A DNA stretch of 52,212 nucleotides from Bacillota bacterium (GTDB lineage: Bacteria; Bacillota; Sulfobacillia; RBS10-35; JAJYVN01), in NCBI GenBank assembly GCA_021791815.1, contig JAJYVV010000003.1, positions 1 through 52,212 on the forward strand, given 5' to 3'. The position numbers were made by a program, and so were the translations under genes. Shown piece after piece: positions 27,583-36,351 of the stretch. Every line of letters begins with the position of its first letter. Position 1 is the stretch's first letter. Under the pieces are notes generated by a model, which worked only from the letters and a program-made list of their open reading frames with translations, had not been told where the DNA came from and did no database searches.

Positions 27583-28593
27583 TTGCCGGCGGCCCCCATG
27601 CGCGTCGCCCTCGTCGGCCTCGACAGCTTCTACTTCGCGCAGACCCTGGCGGCCCGTCTCCGTTCGATGCCCGAGGTGGTGCCCGCCGGCTGCTGCACGG
27701 CCGGCGCGTCCGACGCGGACATCGCGGCGAACTGCGGGGAGACGCCCGAGGCGTTCGCCTCCCGACACGGGCTGGCCCTCCACCGCGACCTCGACGCCCT
27801 GCTCGCCGCGGAGAGTCCGCGCGCGGCCGTCGTCGCCACGCGCCCCTCGCGCGCGGGGCCCATCGCCGCGGCCCTGGCCGCGCGCGGCGTCCATGTGTAC
27901 CTCGTCAAGCCCGCGGTCCTCGAACCGGCCGACGCCGCCGCGCTCCGGGCGGCGGCCCTGGGGGCCGGGGCCTGCGTCGCCGCCGGCCTGACCGCCCGCC
28001 TGCAGCCTTGCGTCGCGGCCGCGGCCCGCCGCGTCCACGCCGGCGAGATCGGGAGACCCGTGGCCCTGCGCATCGCGCACCAGCACGGCCATCTCAGTTC
28101 GTGGGCGCCGGGGTGCTGGTACCGCGACCCGGCGGAGGGCGGCCCGGCCGTCTTCCTCGGCTGGTATGTCGTCGATCTCGCCCGGTGGCTGACCGGCTCT
28201 CCCCTGGAGGAGCTGCGCGGCGCCGCCGCGCGCCTGGTCGACCTCGGCTCCCCGTTCCCCGACTTCTACAAGGCCGTGGGCCGCACGGCCTCGGGAGCGC
28301 TGGTCGCGCTCGAGCTGCACTTCGGCGTGCGCTACCCGTGGCCGTCGTTCGAGATCGAGGTCATCGGCGAGACCGGTGCCGTCACGGCGAGCGACCAGGC
28401 GTGGGCGGGCCGCTTCTCGGCGGCGGGCGCCATGCATCCCCTGGCGCCGCCCGGGCCCGACCTGGAGACCGCCGAACTGCGCGATTGGCTGGCGGCCTGC
28501 GCCGAGCCCGGCCGGCGGCCGCTTTTCGGGGTGGACGACCTCGTGGCGACCGTCCGTGGCTGCCGGATGCTGCGTGAGGCGACGGGGGGATGA
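27583..28593 (+). CDS. Divergent Gfo/Idh/MocA family protein
   Basis: MRVALVG, AVVATRP, GVHVYLVKP, GEIGRP, WYRDPAEGG, EIEVIGETG. GGAGGAGGT SD before TTG 27583. Confidence 0.75.
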   Translation: MPAAPMRVALVGLDSFYFAQTLAARLRSMPEVVPAGCCTAGASDADIAANCGETPEAFASRHGLALHRDLDALLAAESPRAAVVATRPSRAGPIAAALAARGVHVYLVKPAVLEPADAAALRAAALGAGACVAAGLTARLQPCVAAAARRVHAGEIGRPVALRIAHQHGHLSSWAPGCWYRDPAEGGPAVFLGWYVVDLARWLTGSPLEELRGAAARLVDLGSPFPDFYKAVGRTASGALVALELHFGVRYPWPSFEIEVIGETGAVTASDQAWAGRFSAAGAMHPLAPPGPDLETAELRDWLAACAEPGRRPLFGVDDLVATVRGCRMLREATGG

Positions 28594-29144
28594 GTGGGGT
28601 GTCGGCCGCGGCGGTCCAGTCCGTCCAGGTCAATCCGGCCCATACCATGGCCAAACGGCCGGTTCAGGCGATCGAGCTCGTCGAAGGCCTCGGCGTGCTG
28701 GGCGATGCGCATTACGGTGCCACGGTCCAGCACCGGTCGCGCGTCCGCCAGGACCCGGCCGGGCCCAACCTGCGCCAGGTGCATCTCATCCAGGGAGAAC
28801 TCCTCGACGAACTCGCCGGCCGCGGCTTCCGGCTGCGTCCGGGGCAGATGGGCGAGAACATCACCACGCGGGGAGTGGACCTCCTCGCGCTCCCGAAGCA
28901 CACCATCATGACCATCGGCCCGGAGGCCATGGTGCTCGTCACCGGATTGCGCAATCCGTGCACCCAGCTGGACGGCGTCCAAAACGGCCTCATGGCGGCG
29001 GTGCTGGAACGGAGCGCGGGCGGCGCACTGATCCGCAAGGCCGGGATCATGGCCATCGTCATCCAGTCCGGCCGCGTCCGGGCCGGAGACGCCATCCGCC
29101 TGCACGCGCCGCCGGAGCCCCGCCGCCCCCTGGACAAGGTTTGA
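28590..29144 (+). CDS. MOSC domain protein
   Basis: GLGVLGDAH, NLRQVHLI, PGQMGENITT, GLRNPCTQLD, KAGIMAIV. ATGA overlap. Confidence 0.9.
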   Translation: MSGVSAAAVQSVQVNPAHTMAKRPVQAIELVEGLGVLGDAHYGATVQHRSRVRQDPAGPNLRQVHLIQGELLDELAGRGFRLRPGQMGENITTRGVDLLALPKHTIMTIGPEAMVLVTGLRNPCTQLDGVQNGLMAAVLERSAGGALIRKAGIMAIVIQSGRVRAGDAIRLHAPPEPRRPLDKV

Positions 29145-29191
29145 GCGCCCAGGCGGGGCGGCGGTGCCGCCCACCCTCCCCGCCTGGGCGT

Positions 29192-30592
29192 TCACGCGCC
29201 GCGCAGGCGGTGACCGTTCGCATGCTCCCCGACGTTGCCCCGGTACTCCACGTCCACCCCCGCGCCGTCCGCGCGGATGCGCAGCGTCCGGCCGAACGGC
29301 GTGCGCACCCAGTACCAGTCGAGGCGCAGCGTGCCGTCCGGCTCCCAGGCGGCGTGCCCCGCGCACGGCTCCGCCCCCGGGTCGCCCTGCTCCCATCGCC
29401 CCCAGCCGCAGGCAATCCGCCGCTCGGCGCCGCCTTCGACCATGCGCACCCCGCACGAGGGACCGCCGAAGTCCAGCGTCAGGGTCTCCAGTCGGGCGGC
29501 GTTCGGCTCGAAGGTCCAGGTCCCGCCCGCGGCAAACGCGGCGCCCGGTGCGTCGCCACCCGCCGGCGCGAGCGACAGGGCACCCAGCCGCCCGGCCAGA
29601 GCCGCATCGTCCGCCGCGGAGCCTGCTCCGGCCCCGAGCGCCGGGAGCACGTGTTCCCATACGCAGTCGAGCACACCCTGGAGGTTGCCGGTCCCGCCCG
29701 TCATGGCCAGCACCGCGTCCTGCTCGGGCAGGACGACGCAGTACTGGCCCCAGGCGCCGTCGCCGCGATAGGCGCCGTGCCGGCAGCGCCAGAACTGGTA
29801 GCCGTAGCCCTGGGCCCAATCGGGATTCGGCCCGCCGCCGTTGTGGATCTGAACCGACGTCGCCTCGCGGATCCAGTCCCGGGGGACCAGTTGCCGGTCG
29901 CCCCAGCGTCCTTCCTGCAGGAGGAGCTGGCCGAAGCACGCGATGTCCTCGGTGCGCAGCGACAGGCCCCACCCGCCGGTGTGGATGCCCTCCGGAGAGG
30001 ATTCCCACGTCGCGCCCCGGATGCCCAGGGGCTCGAGGAGCCGCGGGGCGAGGTAGTCGAGCAGTGTCCGGCCCGTGACACGCTGCACGATCGCGGAGAG
30101 CATGTAGGTCGCGGCGCTGTTGTAGACGAACTTCGACCCCGGCTCATGCTCGACGTCCAGGCTGAGGAACCGGCGGACCCATGCCGTGTTGCCTCCCTCC
30201 CGCACGCGCGGCGTCGCGTCCTGGTCGTGGCCGGTGCCCATCGACAGCAGGTGGCGCACGCGCATGGCCGCGAGGTTGGGTCCGATCCGCGGCGGCAGGT
30301 CGTCGGGGAAGAAGGAGACGACCGCGTCGTCCGGGGACAGGCGGCCTTCGTGAACCGCGAGGCCCACCGCCGTCGACGTGAAGCTCTTGCTGAGCGAGTA
30401 CAGGGCGTGCGGCGTCTCCGCGGCGTACGGCCGCCACCAGCCCTCCGCCACGACCCGGCCGTGGCGCAGCAGCATCAGGCTGTGCATCTGCAGGTTCCGC
30501 GCCGCCAGCGCGTCCAGGAGCGCGGCGATGCGTCCCGCCGCCACGCCCTCGGACGCGGGGGCGCTGCGGGGCAGGCGCCGGGCCGTCTCCAC
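29192..30592 (-). CDS. Serine hydrolase (beta-lactamase class C-like family)
   Basis: YSLSKS (SxxK), HLLSMGTG, PGSKFVYNS, LLEPLGI, GYGYQFW, RGDGAWGQ. Confidence 0.9.
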   Translation of the reverse strand: METARRLPRSAPASEGVAAGRIAALLDALAARNLQMHSLMLLRHGRVVAEGWWRPYAAETPHALYSLSKSFTSTAVGLAVHEGRLSPDDAVVSFFPDDLPPRIGPNLAAMRVRHLLSMGTGHDQDATPRVREGGNTAWVRRFLSLDVEHEPGSKFVYNSAATYMLSAIVQRVTGRTLLDYLAPRLLEPLGIRGATWESSPEGIHTGGWGLSLRTEDIACFGQLLLQEGRWGDRQLVPRDWIREATSVQIHNGGGPNPDWAQGYGYQFWRCRHGAYRGDGAWGQYCVVLPEQDAVLAMTGGTGNLQGVLDCVWEHVLPALGAGAGSAADDAALAGRLGALSLAPAGGDAPGAAFAAGGTWTFEPNAARLETLTLDFGGPSCGVRMVEGGAERRIACGWGRWEQGDPGAEPCAGHAAWEPDGTLRLDWYWVRTPFGRTLRIRADGAGVDVEYRGNVGEHANGHRLRGA

Positions 30593-30709
30593 GAGCGGTC
30601 CCTCCCGCGCCGGTCCGGGGCAGGCGCCCCGGGGCCCGGCGCGGGCGCCTACGGCGCGCGGCGGCGCCCCACCTGCCGCATTCCGGCCGGGGGACGCCGC
30701 CGCCCTTCG

Positions 30710-31219
30710 TCAGTTCAGGATGTACGCGGTGACCCGCTGCACGCCGAAGTTGGAGACCTGGCGCGGGTTTCCGTCGATGAACATGTCGATCCGGTTGCCC
30801 TGGATCGCGCCGCCCTCGTCGCGGGCCCAGGCGTACTCGCCGCCCGCCGGAAGCGAAGGGGACCGGTAGCCCTGCACATACAGGTGCGTACCCAGCGGAA
30901 TGACGCCCGGGTCGACCGCCACGTCGCCCGGCACCAGCGGCTTGCCGAAGAAGTCGACCGCCGGGTAGGGGTAGTTGTCGGCGAGGCTCGGGCCGTACGC
31001 CGTCGCCGTCAGGTGCACCACCCCGGTGATCGCGTGGCCGCCGATGGTGGCGCCGACCCCGAGGCCCGCCGGGACCTGCCCGGCGGACGTTCCGGCCAGC
31101 TTGGCCCAGGAAGCGGGCGCCGTCCCTCCGCTCGCCGCAAGGGCCGGCGCCGAGGCCGTCAGGGCCAGCACGACGCCGGCCGTTCCGGCCAGCGCCGCGA
31201 GTCTCCGACGCAGAGACAT
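30710..31219 (-). CDS. Secreted 3D-domain protein (putative lytic transglycosylase / cell-wall remodelling)
   Basis: Signal peptide (ALA), TATAY, VAVDPGVIPLG, ARDEGGAIQGNRIDMF. Confidence 0.9.
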   Translation of the reverse strand: MSLRRRLAALAGTAGVVLALTASAPALAASGGTAPASWAKLAGTSAGQVPAGLGVGATIGGHAITGVVHLTATAYGPSLADNYPYPAVDFFGKPLVPGDVAVDPGVIPLGTHLYVQGYRSPSLPAGGEYAWARDEGGAIQGNRIDMFIDGNPRQVSNFGVQRVTAYILN

Positions 31220-31237
31220 CTTGCACGCACCCCCTGC

Positions 31238-31410
31238 ACGCCTGCGGGGTTAGCTCACGGTTCGCGTCCGGCGCTTGCCCCTTCCGGCCCGCCGGCGCGC
31301 CGCGGGTTGGGAGGAAAGAGTGTCCCCTTCCCCGGCAGGTCCGCGCGACCTCCGGGGATTCACCCTGCGGTGTTCCCCCGCGCCCTGGCTGTTCCAGGGC
31401 TTCGGCGATG
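31238..31410 (-). ncRNA. Cyclic di-AMP (ydaO/yuaA) riboswitch
   Basis: Minus strand CGCCGAAGCCC...AGGGCGCGGGGGAAC...GGGTGAATCC...GAAGGGG...CGAACCGTGAGCTAACCCCGCAGGCG follows the ydaO consensus order. Lies upstream of a cell-wall 3D gene, the typical context. Confidence 0.85.
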
Positions 31411-31418
31411 TGCCCGCC

Positions 31419-31448
31419 ACGCTAACACCGGCAAGGTGCGATGGTCAG
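31419..31448 (-). promoter_or_regulatory. Putative SigA-like promoter for the riboswitch/3D transcript
   Basis: CTGACC-N18-TAGCGT with an extended TG. The predicted start falls just before the riboswitch 5' end. Confidence 0.45.
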
Positions 31449-31695
31449 GCGGCCGCGCAGGCCGCCTCCGGGCGGCGCGCCGGCCATTCGCGCCGCATCC
31501 GCCGTAGGGCGTCCCGCGCTCCGGCGCTGCGCCGCGCATCCACGTGCCGGCCGGCCTGCCGGAAACCGCCTTGGCTGGAGGTCCGCGCCGGCGGCGGCGC
31601 GGCGGTTGCGCGACATGCGGCCGGCCGGGGGCCCGGCGCGCCCGCCGGGCCCCCGGCGCCGCCCGACCCTGGCTGGAGTGGAAGATCTTTTCCCG

Positions 31696-32163
31696 TCAGA
31701 CGGGGCCGGCGCCGTCCCGCGGAGCGGCATGGCCCGCGGCCGACCACCAGTCCGGAAGGTGGATGCCACTGCGCTGGAAATCGCGGGTGTTCCGCGTGAA
31801 GACGCGTCGCGGGCCGCGCACCGCCGCCGCGGCGGCGAGGTAGGCGTCCACGAAGTCCGCGCCCCCGTCCGCGTGAATGGCGAGGGCTTCGACGACCACG
31901 TCCCACTCGGGGCAGACGATCCCCGGCAGCGACAGGAACGATTGGAGCGTGGCGGCCACCTCGGCCGGCCGATGCCCAAACGCCTTGGACTCCAAGACCC
32001 AGACGCATTCCGCCACCACGAGGGCGGGCACGACGAGGAGCATGTGCTCCCCGGCGCGCTCCACCAGCGCGCGTGCCCCCGCCGCCAACTCCGCGGGAAC
32101 GCCCGCAATGAAGTACACGACGACGTTGGTGTCGAGCAGTCCATGCTCGTGCGCTTCATGCAC
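31696..32163 (-). CDS. PIN-domain (VapC) toxin
   Basis: LLDTNVVV, LVVAECVWVL, ADFVDAYL, FTRNTRDF. GTG start overlaps the antitoxin stop. Confidence 0.85.
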   Translation of the reverse strand: MHEAHEHGLLDTNVVVYFIAGVPAELAAGARALVERAGEHMLLVVPALVVAECVWVLESKAFGHRPAEVAATLQSFLSLPGIVCPEWDVVVEALAIHADGGADFVDAYLAAAAAVRGPRRVFTRNTRDFQRSGIHLPDWWSAAGHAAPRDGAGPV

Positions 32164-32434
32164 GGGATGGGTCCTCGTCCGCTCGATCCCGCGCGGCGAG
32201 CGCCGTGCGGGCCTCTTCATACTCGCGGCGGGCCGCGGCGAGCGACCAGCCGGGATCTCGCGGAGGCAGCGACCCGAAGAGGTCGCCTGCGGCCGCCACG
32301 CGCAAGGCCGTGAGGGTCGCCTGCCCGGGCCCCGTGACGCGGACGACGACGGTCCCGCCCTCCGTGAGGCCGATCGCGTCGCGCACCTCCTTCGGGATCG
32401 TGATCTGACCGTTCCGCAACACTTTGGCGGTCAT
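32156..32434 (-). CDS. AbrB/MazE/SpoVT family antitoxin
   Basis: MTAKVLRNGQITIPKEVRDAIGLTEG, LFGSLP. Confidence 0.85.
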   Translation of the reverse strand: MTAKVLRNGQITIPKEVRDAIGLTEGGTVVVRVTGPGQATLTALRVAAAGDLFGSLPPRDPGWSLAAARREYEEARTALAARDRADEDPSRA

Positions 32435-32448
32435 GGGCTGTAGTTCCC

Positions 32449-32472
32449 CCCTCCGGTAGCATATCCGGAGGG
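32449..32472 (-). promoter_or_regulatory. Probable TA autoregulatory operator enclosing a -10 box
   Basis: CCCTCCGG-N8-CCGGAGGG inverted repeat with TATGCT (minus strand) inside the spacer. Confidence 0.55.
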
Positions 32473-32529
32473 TCAGATTGGGGCCAGGGTCCTCGTCCCG
32501 CGGCGCGCGTGCCGCCGCGCGTGATCCCC

Positions 32530-32555
32530 GGAACCGCGATGCCATCCGCGGCGTC
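32530..32555 (+). promoter_or_regulatory. Putative ECF-sigma promoter GGAACC-N16-CGTC
   Basis: GGAACCgcgatgccatccgcggCGTC, 25 nt before GTG 32581. Confidence 0.6.
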
Positions 32556-32580
32556 CATCCCGGCGGCGGAGGTGGTCGGG

Positions 32581-34938
32581 GTGCACCGTCCCGGGCGGTG
32601 GGCGCTGGCCCGCCGGGTCGCGGCGGTGCCGTTCGCCCTGGCGGTCGCGGGGTGCGCGGCCGCTCCGGCGTCCCAGAGGGCGCATTCGCCGCGGCCGCCC
32701 ATCGGCACCCCGGGCTCCCGCTCCCCGGGCTCCGCTCCCGCGCCCACCTCCTCCAGCACCGCCACGCCCACCGCCGCGGCGTCGTCCTCTTCGATCGCGC
32801 CGCCCCCCGCGGCGTCGGCGATGCCCGCCCTGCCGGTGACCCTGGGGCCGGCGGCGAGCATGACGCCGCCTCCCGCCTACATCCCGACCCTGCGGTTCAC
32901 CGACGCGGCGTTCCCATCGGCCGCCGACGGCTGGGCTTCGGGGGTGGCCACGCCCGGCTGCGGCGGCATGGGCAGCACGCGCACGGCCACGGGCGGCGTG
33001 ATCGAGGCCACGACCGACGGCGGCGCCACGTGGACCGTGCAGTACCAGGGTCCGGACGCCGTGCTGGCACTGGCATTCGCCGATCCGCTGCACGGGTGGG
33101 CCATCGCGGTGCCGGCGGCCTCCATCTCCGCGTGCAGCGCGCTTCCATCGCCGGGCCAGCTGGCGGGCCAGGTCCTGCTCGCGACGACGGACGGCGGGCA
33201 CACCTGGGCCGCGGTCGACACCGACGCCGCCGGCATCGACGCCCTCTCCTTCTCGGGAGCCGAGCACGGCTTCGCCGGCCGGACGGGATGTCCGGGCTCG
33301 ACGCCGCCGGGGGCCGCCGGATGCGGCGGCGGCCTGCTGCGCACGACGGATGGGGGGCGCACCTGGCAGGCCGTTCCTTCGGCGGATCCGCCGGTGGGCG
33401 GCGCCGGCCTCCCGCTTCCGGTCCTGGCGGTGACCGCCGCCGGAGCCAACCTGTGGGCCCTGGAGGCGGGGCCCACCGGCGGGACAAGTCCCGCCGGGCC
33501 GGCCGGCGTCGCGCGCGTGATGGCCAGTGCCGACGGCGGCGCTTCGTGGTCGCCGGGGGGCACGCTGCCCCTGGCGGACCCGGGGGAGGGCGCCGGGGCC
33601 GTCGGCGCACTGGCGTTCAGCTCTGCTGCCGTGGGCTATGCGAGCGTCTACGCCCTGGGGTCGTGCGCAATGGCGGGGTGCGGCGTCAACGCCGTGTTCC
33701 GCACCGCCGACGGCGGCGCCTCGTGGAGCGTGGTCACCGCGGGCCAGCCTCGCTGTAACGTCGCGCGCCCCGCGCTGGCGGCCACGTCGGCGGAGGCGCT
33801 CGTGGCGCGCGGCGTCAACCTGGCGGCGTGCGCGGGTCCGCAGACCACGCTGGTGCGGTCCACGAACGGCGGGGCGACGTGGAACGCCGCAACGACATGG
33901 TCCGAGCTCGGGCCCGTGCGCCTGCTTGCGCCGCCGGGCGGCGCCGCGACGTTCTGGGCCGTGTCCGGCCCGGCGCTGCTGCGCTCGGCCGACGGCGGCG
34001 CCACCTGGGCGCAGGTGCTGCCCGCGCCCGCGCCCACGGCCGCCGTGGAGTTCCTCTCGCCCACGGTGGGCTGGGGCGTCGGCACGGTCTCGGACCCGGG
34101 CGCCGTCCTCCGCACGTCCGATGGCGGGCGCACCTGGTCCGTCGCCGCCTCGTTCGCGGGCGCCGAGCTGTCCGGGGTCAGCTTCGCGAGCGCCCGCGAC
34201 GGCTGGGTCGTGGGCGCGACGCCGGCATGGGACCCGCAGTCCGGCACCGGCCTGCTGGGGCACACGGCCGACGGGGGCCGCACGTGGGGTCTCGCCGCGC
34301 CGGCGGGCTCCGGCGCGGCGGCCCCGCCGGCGAGTCCCATCCCCAACGCGGCGGCCGTCCGGTTCCTGTCCGCCCGGGACGGCGTCCTCATCGGCCTCGG
34401 CGCGAGCTCGGCCTGCTCGTCGGGCTGCCCGCCGCCCGACCTCTTCACCAGCGGCGACGCCGGCGCGACGTGGCGGTCCTCCGGCGCGGTGCCCAGCCCC
34501 GGGGGCCTTGCCGCCGCGGACATCACCAGCACCGGCGCGGTGTGGGGCGTCTGGGGAGGCGGGGCGGGCTGCGGCCCCGTCCTCCGCGAGGGGGCCGGCG
34601 CGCCGGCCCGCTGGACGGCGCTCGGCTGCCTCTCCGGGCTGTCCTTCGCCGGCAGCCCGCAGGTGCAGTTCGCATCGCCGGCGCAGGGCTACGCGGTCCT
34701 GCTGCAGGTCCTGCGCCCCGTCGATCCGGGGAAGCGCGCCGCGGTCACGCGCCCGCTCCTGCTGTCCACCGCGGACGGGGGCCGCACATGGACCGCCGCG
34801 CCGCTGCCCCTGGCGGCCGACGACTGGTTCGGCAACAGCCTGTTCTTCCTCGATCCGGGCCACGGCTGGCTGCTCAGCGGCGGCGCCGTCTGGGAGACCA
34901 CCGACGGCGGTGCGCACTGGACGGGTCTGGCGTTCTGA
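32581..34938 (+). CDS. Large lipoprotein with 12 BNR/Asp-box repeats (YCF48/VPS10-like propellers)
   Basis: GGAGGT SD, lipobox VAGC, Pro/Ser/Thr linker, twelve T/S-x-D/N-G/A-G-x-x-W boxes. Confidence 0.8.
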   Translation: MHRPGRWALARRVAAVPFALAVAGCAAAPASQRAHSPRPPIGTPGSRSPGSAPAPTSSSTATPTAAASSSSIAPPPAASAMPALPVTLGPAASMTPPPAYIPTLRFTDAAFPSAADGWASGVATPGCGGMGSTRTATGGVIEATTDGGATWTVQYQGPDAVLALAFADPLHGWAIAVPAASISACSALPSPGQLAGQVLLATTDGGHTWAAVDTDAAGIDALSFSGAEHGFAGRTGCPGSTPPGAAGCGGGLLRTTDGGRTWQAVPSADPPVGGAGLPLPVLAVTAAGANLWALEAGPTGGTSPAGPAGVARVMASADGGASWSPGGTLPLADPGEGAGAVGALAFSSAAVGYASVYALGSCAMAGCGVNAVFRTADGGASWSVVTAGQPRCNVARPALAATSAEALVARGVNLAACAGPQTTLVRSTNGGATWNAATTWSELGPVRLLAPPGGAATFWAVSGPALLRSADGGATWAQVLPAPAPTAAVEFLSPTVGWGVGTVSDPGAVLRTSDGGRTWSVAASFAGAELSGVSFASARDGWVVGATPAWDPQSGTGLLGHTADGGRTWGLAAPAGSGAAAPPASPIPNAAAVRFLSARDGVLIGLGASSACSSGCPPPDLFTSGDAGATWRSSGAVPSPGGLAAADITSTGAVWGVWGGGAGCGPVLREGAGAPARWTALGCLSGLSFAGSPQVQFASPAQGYAVLLQVLRPVDPGKRAAVTRPLLLSTADGGRTWTAAPLPLAADDWFGNSLFFLDPGHGWLLSGGAVWETTDGGAHWTGLAF

Positions 34939-35024
34939 CCCGTGGTCCGGGGCTGGAGGAGGGGCACGGCCGGCGACCGGGGGCCCCCGGCGACGGGCGG
35001 CCCCGGTGCCCGGGTGCGTCCCCC

Positions 35025-36050
35025 TCAAGGCCGGGCGGCCAGTTGCGCCAGGGCCGCGCGCGCCCGAAGAGCCGCCCCGATGTCGCCGGCTTCCCAGGTC
35101 TTCGAGCCCAGTGCCTCCCACCACAGGGCGAGCAGCGGGGGCTCGTGCCCGTCCAGCCAGGCGGCCAGGGCTCCGGGTTCCGCGGCGACGCCGAGGAGCG
35201 GCGCCACGTTGCGGAGCACCGTGATGCGGACCAGCTCCCGGCTCACGAGGCCCCACTGGCCCCAGGCGACCTCCCGGCGCCAGGCCGCCCCGGCCCTTTC
35301 CGCCTCCTCCACCGTCTCCGCGCTGAGGCCGAAGCGGAGCGCCTGGGCCGCGGCCGCACCGGATCCGGGCCCCGCCGCCTCGCTGGCGACTCCGCGTGCC
35401 CACCGCAGCAGGGCCATGGCCGCGTCGTGGCGCGACGCGGCGTCCTCGCGCCCGCGGGGCAGCGCCCCGCCATCCGCCAGGGCCCGGGCGGCGTCGGGCC
35501 CGACCGCGGCACGCAGCCGGCCCAGGAGGTGGTGCCCCGACGGCGGGACGCCCCTCGCCAGCAGGGCGGCGTGTGCGGCCGAGACCACCGCCTGCCTGCA
35601 GCCGTCGATGGCGGCCGGGCCGGCGGTGCCCTCCGCCGGGGGCTCCGGGCCCATCGCGGCCGCGGCGCGTGCGGCCCGCGCCCCCGGGTCCCGCCAAGGG
35701 AGCCGGGCGTCCACCCCGAGTCGCCCGAGTCGTCCATCGTCCAGCAGGATGACGCCGCAGGCGAGCCGCGGTAGCCACCAACCCCCCGCAAGGCCTCGCG
35801 CGAAGGCGGCCCAGCTCGCGCGCACCACGTCGTCCCCCACGCCGTCGCGGTCGGAGAGCAGCATCACGTCGCCGTCGCTGGCCGGGCCGGCGTCGCCCCA
35901 GGCGGCCGACCCGTACAGCAGGGCTGCGTCGAAGCGCTCGGCGTCGCGCCATGCGGGGATGGCGGCGGCGGCCGCCGCCCGGATGCGCGCGCTCTCCGGT
36001 GTCGGCCGGGCCTCGCAGGGCGCCACAGGGGCGTCCACGGGTTCCACCAT
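35025..36050 (-). CDS. Pol-beta-type nucleotidyltransferase-domain protein with helical C-terminus
   Basis: AALLYGSAAWGDAGPASDGDVMLL (GS-x-A-x-G...SDxD). Start 36050 or 36164. Confidence 0.6.
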   Translation of the reverse strand: MVEPVDAPVAPCEARPTPESARIRAAAAAAIPAWRDAERFDAALLYGSAAWGDAGPASDGDVMLLSDRDGVGDDVVRASWAAFARGLAGGWWLPRLACGVILLDDGRLGRLGVDARLPWRDPGARAARAAAAMGPEPPAEGTAGPAAIDGCRQAVVSAAHAALLARGVPPSGHHLLGRLRAAVGPDAARALADGGALPRGREDAASRHDAAMALLRWARGVASEAAGPGSGAAAAQALRFGLSAETVEEAERAGAAWRREVAWGQWGLVSRELVRITVLRNVAPLLGVAAEPGALAAWLDGHEPPLLALWWEALGSKTWEAGDIGAALRARAALAQLAARP

Positions 36051-36351
36051 CCCTTCGTCTCGCCCGCCGTCCAGCTGCCGGCAGGCGGCCGGACGGGCCC
36101 GGTCTCCCACCCGCGGCCCGGCCGTGTCCGGGGCGGACCCCGGGCCCTCGTGGGGGCGGGTCATGTCGTGGATACCCTGCAGGGGCTGAACCCCCTCTGC
36201 AGCGACACGCCCGCACGCCGCAAAGAACCGCACGGTCCCGGGTTGTCCGCGACCACCCACGGCGCGCGTCGCCTCCGCCGGGGCGCGGGATGGGGGGCGA
36301 CGACGGGCGAGGCCGTTTCGGCCGCCCGGAGAGGTCCCGCCGGCCACCGGG

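Noticed and set aside
29192-30592. Beta-lactam resistance gene
   Set aside because: No signal peptide. SxxK serine hydrolases of this type are commonly esterases or amidases, so resistance cannot be supported.
33000-34920. Recurring ACCGACGGCGGC...TGG DNA repeats, considered as a CRISPR-like array
   Set aside because: They encode Asp-box peptides in frame, are degenerate, and are irregularly spaced.
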